DNA of 35,104 nt from Octopus sinensis (Eukaryota): the NCBI RefSeq assembly GCF_006345805.1, contig NW_021832935.1, positions 1 to 35,104 on the forward strand, written 5' to 3'. This document shows positions 22,291-35,104 of the stretch, piece by piece (the stretch's first letter is position 1; each line of letters opens with the position of its first letter). The translations under genes were made by a program, and so were the position numbers. The notes below the pieces were generated by a model, which was not told the origin of the DNA, searched no databases, and worked only from the letters and a program-made list of their open reading frames with translations.

Positions 22291-22859
22291 GCTCTCGCCG
22301 GAAAAACAATAAAACTATATTAATCCATTGTAGTTCATATTTTGAGATGAGTGTGTAATAAAATATTAATAATGTAGACACGAAATATCATGAAGTGCTA
22401 TAAATGAATTTAAGTTATGATTGGAAAATTATATATTGTGCACAACGTCGCATGAAACAGGAAAACAGGACATCCATAATGGATCGCAAAGATGGGAGAA
22501 TAAAGAGAAAACAAAAGAAATCAAAAAATATGGTGGTAAGGACGGGTGTGTAGAGGAATAATAACAGAAGGTGGGAAACGTTGAGATAAATCATGTAAGA
22601 CAAATATTTTTGTTAAAAGTGAAACTTGCTGGTAATTTATAAACATTGCTATGGAGGTTGTAAGATGGTAATCATTTGGGGGTAAAGGATAATATTATTA
22701 ATTGAGTTGTATATTGGCGGAGTGAACATGGGAAGGAAGGAATGTGTAGCAGAAAGGTAACATAAATGTGTGTGCGTGTACGTATATATATATAGTTACA
22801 TATATATATGTAAGTATATATAATAACATATATACACGCACATGTATATGTGTGTGTGT

Positions 22860-23166
22860 GGAGGCGCAATGGCCCAGTGGTTAGGGCAGTGGACTCGCGG
22901 TTGTAGGATCGCGGTTTCGATTCCCATCCCGAGCGCTGTGAGTGTTTATTAAGCGAAAACATCCAAAGCTCCACGAGGCTCCGGCAGGAGGTGGTGGCGA
23001 TCCCTGCTGTACTCTTTCGCAAGACTTTCTTTCACTCTTTCTTCTGTTGGCCTGCTCGCTTACCCAGTGGGGTGGCGTCATTTGAAGACTAAATCAATGC
23101 GAAGCGCATTGTGATCAGCGATATATAGCATCATCTGAGAGCCTGGTCGGTCACGGGATCACGTGA
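22860..23166 (+). mobile_element. tRNA-derived SINE family 4 with (TAGA)n tail
   Basis: Box A tggcccagtggttag and box B ggtttcgattccc. Confidence 0.85.
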
Positions 23167-23212
23167 TATAGATAGATAGATAGATAGATAGATGGATAGA
23201 TAGATATAGAGA

Positions 23213-24066
23213 AGAGTGCGGTGAATAAATTGTCTAAATTACGCAAAAATGAAAAGAAGACTAACATCTTATTTTAACAGTTATATTTACTAAAATTGCG
23301 TAAAAATATTTTGAAATGCTAAAGAGTAAATTTATTTAATAAAATCGTCATTGGCTTCAACCAGACGACGTCGGAATCTCCTGCAACTCTTCTGGACGGT
23401 GTCCTCGTTTAAGTTGATGAATGCTGCCACAATCCTTGCCTTCAGTTCATGTTTGGTGTTTTAAGGAGTTTTGTTGGTCTCTCACTCAACTGCGCCCTAC
23501 ACATTATAATGAACGGAGTCTGTTGAGTTAAGTATGATGTGTTCGCAGAAATTGTCTGGCAATCATGACTGGGTTCTCCTGTTTGTGTGGCATGGTGCAG
23601 AGTCCTGTTGCCTGACATAGGGTCTTCCAGCAGCCACCCTCTTGAGCCAGGGCAGTACTGGCGCCTCCAGGTACTTGATGTAGACCAACAACTTGAGTCT
23701 GAGGGCGTGTGGGAAGATGGATGGAAGCATAACGTCACCATCGTTAGTGATCACTCGAAACAATATGATGTTGACTGGATGTTTGATTTTTATCACTCTC
23801 GGTACATGTTCTCAGATTGCACTGTCCTAATACTGACATCCAGGCACTCTGAAATGTTCGTATTGGAGCTTCCGGCGTGAGTGCCAAGCAGAACAGCATG
23901 TCATTTCCAAATTTCCGGTGAACAGAATTGCATCATAATGCTTTTTTTCTCAAAGACGGTGCCAAAGTGACCCTACTATACTGAGTAGCTGACGAAATCA
24001 AAGACAAACAGTATGCATGCTCGAAATTAAAAATATAAAATGGCGACAATTTATCCATCGCACCGC
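23213..24066 (-). mobile_element. Internally deleted maT-like (Tc1/mariner superfamily) transposon with both TIRs
   Basis: TIRs gtgcg(g/a)tg(a/g)ataaattgtc at about 23216-23234 and 24045-24063 (17/19). Remnant KHPVNIIL...LPWLKRVAAGRPYVRQQDSAPCHT...V*GAVE...ELKARI. Subfamily assignment is from motif recall. Confidence 0.8.
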
Positions 24067-24350
24067 ACACGTGTCTGTGGATTGCTCAGCCACTTGAGCG
24101 TTAAAACATACTTAGTCGCGGTAACAAAGTGAAGTGGGTTCGACTCCCTCGAGGAAAAGAAAATCTTCTTGATTCTGTCGAGGGCCTATATGCCGCTTTA
24201 TTAGGCTATTTTCCTTAGTCACTGCACGGTAATCGCCATACGCTTTAAACTTATATAAAAATACCATTATTATTATTTACAGGATTGTGAAAACGGCGTT
24301 GTATAGAAAACATTCATAGGGAAAGCAGTATATATATATATACACATAGT

Positions 24351-24388
<38 letters not shown>

Positions 24389-24690
24389 ATTTTTCTGTCT
24401 TTGTTACCGTACACATTTACTTCCTCCCAAAATATTTAATGCTCTTAGCTTACATTTTAGGGGACAACCAGATTTGTACAGTCTCAAGTGTAACCGGCTG
24501 AAATTGTAAGGATAATCTGGAAACTTCACCGAGGAGAGAAGGCCAGGAATGACCCATCCTTCTTTCTTCCTGTCCGTCTTTGTATTAACTATCTGTTGCG
24601 TTCTTGTTCTATTTTGGGGATTTATGTATATGTATGCATATATATATATATATATATGTATGTGAATATATGGTTAGACATATAAATATG

Positions 24691-24721
<31 letters not shown>

Positions 24722-24827
24722 AATTATGTATGGACATGCATATTTTATGTATGTATATGTATATATATATATTAATCTATACACACACATACACACATAT
24801 ATGATGTAAGTGTACCAGAAGTATCAG

Positions 24828-24829
24828 TG

Positions 24830-24878
<49 letters not shown>
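24828..24878. repeat. (GTA)n
   Basis: Direct reading. Confidence 0.95.
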
Positions 24879-24880
<2 letters not shown>

Positions 24881-25331
24881 AAACCAAGTTTTAACGACAT
24901 GGTCTGTTAAGACTAAATTGATTGGACTTTAGTAATAAACACAGCTGTCGGTTTTTACAGGGTCGTATAAGAATTATTTGTGGGTGTTTTAAATTTATTT
25001 CGGTTTATGAACTAGGGAGTATATGGTTGATATATAGAGAGATAAATAACACCTGCGTATGAGCGCGCGCAGGAATGTGTGTGTATGTTTGTGTGTGCGT
25101 GGATGTCTGTGTGTTTTGTTCTATATTCGGTCTGTGTCATAATTAGTTGCTGTCACTGAGTATCGAAACAGCGTTCGCTGTAGAATTAGACACGAGATAA
25201 AGAATACGTAACTATTTATTGAATGCTGCTTTTTTTTATATCTGTTAGTCCTGTTCTTACTATAAAATATGGGTATATTTCAATATAAATTCACACTCAT
25301 TCATCCATACATATATGAATGAAGACTATGG

Positions 25332-25555
<224 letters not shown>

Positions 25556-25799
25556 AACGATGCTGCAATCTTCATTTACTCAGCTTCAACTTATTCAATA
25601 CTGGGTGGAAAGCAAAATAAAATTTATATTTTAAACCCCGGAAAGAAGCTCTTTTAAAATGAAATGCAATACTATGTGTCTGTCTTGGTTTAAATTATAA
25701 TGCCTGCGTGGGTGTGTGTATGTGTGTGTGTGTGTGAGCGCCAAAGGCGTCTGTTTGTGAACGTGCAAATGTATACAACTCGCTTGAGTTGTATCAAGC

Positions 25800-30610
<4,811 letters not shown>

Positions 30611-30925
30611 GCCATTTCTACGTCAAGTAAAACTATTTTCCTTTCCCAGGTGGTTTTAATAACAAATAAAATCAATTAACTTAATTTAATTTATATTTAT
30701 TAATTGTCATTAAAACTACGACTGCTTCGAAAAATGACATATTAACCTCACACGAAGTAATTAGTCCCGTACACATATGAAATTATGTCTTAATTAGTGT
30801 AAGTTACATATTAATCACACCTTTAAGATCTAGGGTGATAAGTTCGAATGACATCAAATCCATTTCTAGCACTCACGTTTCTGAGATCAGTGATTTTCTG
30901 TTGGTGAGCCAGCAGTTTTATTATA

Positions 30926-31491
30926 TTGGGTTGTCCAGAAAGTTCGTGCCGGTTTTTAAAGGAAAGAAAAGGGCCAATAAATACTTGCCATTACATTTTT
31001 AATCAACCAAATATGAACCATTTTGTTGCACAATGCGTCTCCATTTTTCCTTTGACTTGAAAATACCCTCTTCCCAGAATTGAGGTGGTTTCATGTCAAA
31101 GAATTCATCAAGGCATCTTTTTACGTCATCCAGGGAATTAAAATTTTTATCATTAAGACTATTCTACAGAGACCTGAATAAGTGGAAATCCAAAGGAGCT
31201 ATATCTGGTGAATATGGAGGGTGGGGTAACTCATCCCAGCCGAGCTGCAGCAATTTTTGTCTGGTTCCCAAACCATCAAGTGCCGAAAATAAACTTTTTT
31301 ATCTTCCATTTTAAAGGGTTACAGAATTAACACAGGTTATAGGGACATAAACCTTCTTCCACGAAAAGATAGCTTAAACAGTGCTCTAAATGGAGGTGTA
31401 GTCAAATCCAATTTTATGGATTCAACCGTGTTCTAAAATAAGTCGAAAGGTAATCTACTATAAATTGGCATGAACTTTCCGGAAAACTCAA
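30926..31491 (-). mobile_element. Internally deleted mariner (DD34D-type) element with TIRs and TA duplication
   Basis: TIRs ttgggttgtccagaaagttcgtgcc and its complement ggcatgaactttccggaaaactcaa, each flanked by TA. C-terminal remnant LGWDELPHPPYSPDIAPLDFHLFRSL*...KEKWRRIVQQ. Confidence 0.92.
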
Positions 31492-31622
31492 TAGTAAAGA
31501 ACTTGATGACATGGGATATTTGATTCAGTTCTTAGGGATCAAAGTTCGAATCCTGCCGAGATCATCATTTCTTTTCATTCCTTCAGATTCGATAAAACAA
31601 AGTCATAGTGAACGGCGGTGGC

Positions 31623-31834
31623 TTAACCCTTTAGCATTCAGTCTACCCTGCTAAATGTAAGGCTTATTTATTCACATTGTTTTGAACTAATCATGCGTTA
31701 TCTCATAGCTTTGAGATTTCAATGTTGTGATTGTTTGTTTTTAGAATGACATTGTAGGATAGGTGTGAAAGGCCAACTTTAGTCAGATTAAACATAAAAC
31801 CGGTAGAAAATTTGGTTTGAATACTAGAGCATTA
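31623..31834 (+). mobile_element. TTAA-type MITE, uninterrupted copy
   Basis: Starts ttaaccctttagcattca. Colinear with 14893-14970 plus 15519-15671. Confidence 0.65.
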
Positions 31835-31958
31835 GTGGAAGAGTAAAGTCCTGGGAGAAGTGCCCTGTATTTGTTCCACTTCTTTGTGGCCTGATTTGCT
31901 TCATAGTAATCTTTAACTGTCACCCAATTAAAACCCCTACCTGTTCGTCGAGTATCTT

Positions 31959-32374
31959 ATTTCTTAACTACCCACAAGGGGCGAAACACAGAGAGGACAA
32001 ACAAGGACAGACAAACGGTTTAAGTCGATTATATCGACCCCAGTGCATAAATGGTACTTATTCAATCGACCCCGAAAGGATGAAAGGCAAAGTCGACCTC
32101 GGCGGAATTTGAACTCAGAACGTAGCGGCAGACGAAATACCTATTTCTTTATTACCCACAAGGGGCTAAACACAGAGGGGACAAACAAGGACAGACATAG
32201 GTATTAAGTCGATTACATCGACCCCAGTACGTAACTGGTACTTAATTTATCGACCCCGAAAGGATGAAAGGCAAAGTCGACCTCGGTGGAATTTGAACTC
32301 AGAACGTAGCAGCAGACGAAATACCGCTAAGCATTTCGCCCGGCGTGCTAACGTTTCTGCCAGTTCGCCGCCTT
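31959..32374 (-). mobile_element. Head-to-tail dimer of SINE family 1, tail type b
   Basis: Full copy 32142-32374 plus 5'-truncated copy 31959-32141. Perfect 15-bp TSD ttcgtcgagtatctt at 31944-31958 and 32378-32392. Confidence 0.93.
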
Positions 32375-32890
32375 AATTTCGTCGAGTATCTTGAGTGGAG
32401 TTCCCTCTGTGACAAGCAGCCAGGTTAGGTCATCGGATGAAGATAACTTTCCTGCTTCCCTCAACCAGAGACGGAGATACTGAAAATATAAAGGACCCTA
32501 TACACTTCCCTTCCCTTCCTCACTAAATGATTAAAAACACAGCCCGTTTTTCTACATAACTACTGTTTACTCAATAGTTAAGAGGGGTATGTACCCCGAG
32601 CAACCTAATAGTATACATCCCTCTTAGAGAGGGTCATTACGCCAATGTTATTAGCACAAGCACTGGTTCAAATCCCCTTCTTTATTATTAGTCATTTGGT
32701 TAAGTATCTTTCCTTAATCGATTATTTGTTTAACTTGTTTAAACAATAAGCTGTTTCGTTGCTGTATGAAACTGGTGCGTGTGTTAGTAATATTGGCATA
32801 ATGACTCTCCTTAGACACAACCAAATTTGTTTCAACACACGAATTCACACAAAGAATCTTGCAAACTAGATACAAACACCTACAAATATA

Positions 32891-33118
32891 TTTTACTTGA
32901 TTCAGTCATTTGACTGTGGCCATGTTGGAGCATCCCCTTTAGTCGAGCAACTCGACCCCAGGACATATTCTTTGTAAGCCTAGTACTTACTCTATCGGTC
33001 GGTTTTGCCGAAGCACTAAGTTACGGGGACATAAACACACCAGCATCGGTTGTCAAGCGATGTTGGGGGGAAAAACACAGACACACAAACATATATACAC
33101 ACGCACACACACACACAC
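32891..33118 (-). mobile_element. 3' half of SINE family 2
   Basis: Reverse complement of about 21130-21335. Confidence 0.85.
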
Positions 33119-33159
33119 AGACATCCTCACCCAACACACACACATATATATATATATAT

Positions 33160-33291
33160 TTCTTAACTACCCACAAGGGGCTAAACATAGAGGGGACAAA
33201 CAAGGATAGACGAAGGGATTGAGTCGATTATATCGACCCCAGTGCGAAACTGGTACTTTATTTATCGACCCCGTAAGGATGAAAGGCAAAG
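33160..33291 (-). mobile_element. 5'-truncated SINE family 1, tail type b
   Basis: Matches 31959-32092. Confidence 0.85.
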
Positions 33292-33327
33292 AGAGAAAGA
33301 GGGTGAGATATATAAATAGAAAGATAG

Positions 33328-33359
<32 letters not shown>

Positions 33360-33876
33360 GTGAATATATATGCATATAATTATTATTTACATATATATAA
33401 GTAATATTCGTAGCCACTTTAACATCGCTGTCCGTTCGAGCAGACTCTACTGCAATTTTTTAACCCCAAGAGGACATATCCTCTTGCTGGTTAACGATGC
33501 ACAGAGATTTTAGAACAAGCATTTTTCCTTTTATATATATATGTGTGTGTGTGTGTGTGTATGTGGTGTGTGTGTGTGTATGTGATTTAAAAAAAAGAGA
33601 AAAAAGACAACAAAAGACAACACGAGGGCATGGTACATGCAACGTATTAATAAGACGCTCGGAGAAGCAAAGGAAGAGTGGTTGTTTTACGTTTCGAGCA
33701 AAGCTCTTCTTCGGAAACAGGAGACATAGGAAAGTCCAAAAGAAAAGGAAGAACGAGGAAAAAATTGCCAACATCCACGTACGCGCTTCTCTCTGTCTGT
33801 CTTTTTATCTATGTATTTAACTAACACTTATCTATGTACCTATCTATCAATATTGTATATGTCATTATATATATAA

Positions 33877-34159
33877 ACAAATATTCTATACTTATAAACA
33901 TAATTATAACCAGGTGTCAGTTAATTGCTTCACCACGCACTGAATTTAGAAATAGGAGTTAAAATGCATTTTCTACTACTATTAGAGATCTCCTAGTCAA
34001 TAACACACTTTTTTGCGTGGGCAAAATGTCTGATATTGACTGGGAGATCTCTAATAGTTGCAGAAAAGGCATTTTAACTCCTATTTCTAAATTCGGTGCG
34101 TGGTGAAGCAATTAGCTGACCCCTGATTATAATTATGTTTATGATTATAGAATATTTGT
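33877..34159. mobile_element. Long fold-back (MITE-like) inverted repeat
   Basis: ~126-bp arms 33877-34002 and 34034-34159 with scattered mismatches and a 31-bp spacer. Confidence 0.8.
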
Positions 34160-34504
34160 ATAATTTTATCTAAACAGGTTATTTTAACGTACCGAACTAC
34201 TTGGTAAAAGTATTAATTAATTAATTAATAAATTTCATTTAAGTATATATATAATAATATAATATATATATATATATATACACACAAAATTTAGAGGAAT
34301 GACCATTAAAGTGGAAACCCTATATGCTAAACATAGACGTCAACTCAATGTTAATCTTCTTATTAATCTTCGGATTTAAAAAAAAATATGCTAAGCCACT
34401 GGTTTTAATTGATTAATATCAATTTCTACCCTTATTATTTAATTATATATATATACATATATAAATATATATATATATGTTTGTATATATATATATATAT
34501 GTAT

Positions 34505-35104
34505 ATATCTATATTGTAAGAGGGCATTATTACACATAAATGCCTCACACTAGGAGGGACAAAGTCCATTACTACCAAAATTATACTAATCATACCCAAA
34601 TGCAGTTTTTCAAAGCAAGACATTTAAAAAAATGAATTTAGTTTGTATCACCGTGATTTCACATTCAACTTACGTCTAATGATCGTCAGCAGAACTGATT
34701 CTGAACACATCATAAATAAACTACCAACCTTACGTAGCGAAGACGAACAGACAACTGCTCAATCCGGCCAAGCACATGGAATGTTTATAAATCATATATC
34801 CGGTAAATGGCGGGCTTTTTACGAACTGTATGTCGGGTAATGAAAAGTATTTCGGAATAAGTTTAACAATTAAGGATAATCTCTTAATAAGGGATCTTAA
34901 CAAGAAATATCGGTAGCTAGCGTGAAAACCTCATAAAAGAAAAGAATTCGAAAATAATTTTTTCTTTTGAACAAATTAATTATATCTATATTGTATAGAG
35001 GGCATTATTACACATAAATGCCTCACACGAGGAGGGACAAAGTCATTACTACCAAAATTATACTAATCATACCCAAATGCAGTTTTTCAAAGCAAGACAT
35101 TTAA
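34505..35104 (+). repeat. Direct repeat of at least 120 bp at ~477-bp spacing, running off the window end
   Basis: 34505-34626 and 34982-35104 differ by only a few positions. Confidence 0.85.

Noticed and set aside
20935-23000. tRNA-like sequences with box A and box B
   Set aside because: No complete cloverleaf or acceptor stem; they continue into SINE bodies.

Overview
Eukaryotic, very AT-rich, microsatellite-saturated non-genic (intergenic or intronic) DNA. The repeat families resemble those of Octopus (inferred, not searched). There is no confident host CDS, rRNA, true tRNA gene or CRISPR array; almost all ORF-track entries are translations of simple repeats. Supported content: (1) five 5'-truncated, decayed R4/Dong-type non-LTR retrotransposon copies with a C-terminal restriction-like endonuclease, carrying four different 3' UTRs and almost all abutting (AAT)n; (2) five copies of an uncharacterised ~600-bp non-coding element with no Pol III head, a 21-bp tandem-repeat 5' end and a constant 3' end at (AAT)n, chained with those LINEs at 1.8-9.2 kb and 19.2-20.7 kb; (3) several tRNA-derived SINE families, including two TSD-flanked head-to-tail dimers; (4) Tc1, maT-like and mariner remnants, TTAA-type MITEs, a Helitron-like insertion and two long fold-back hairpins. 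The best candidate for an undescribed system is the microsatellite-targeted LINE plus passenger pair, where each insertion appears to supply the target for the next. All identities were counted by eye.
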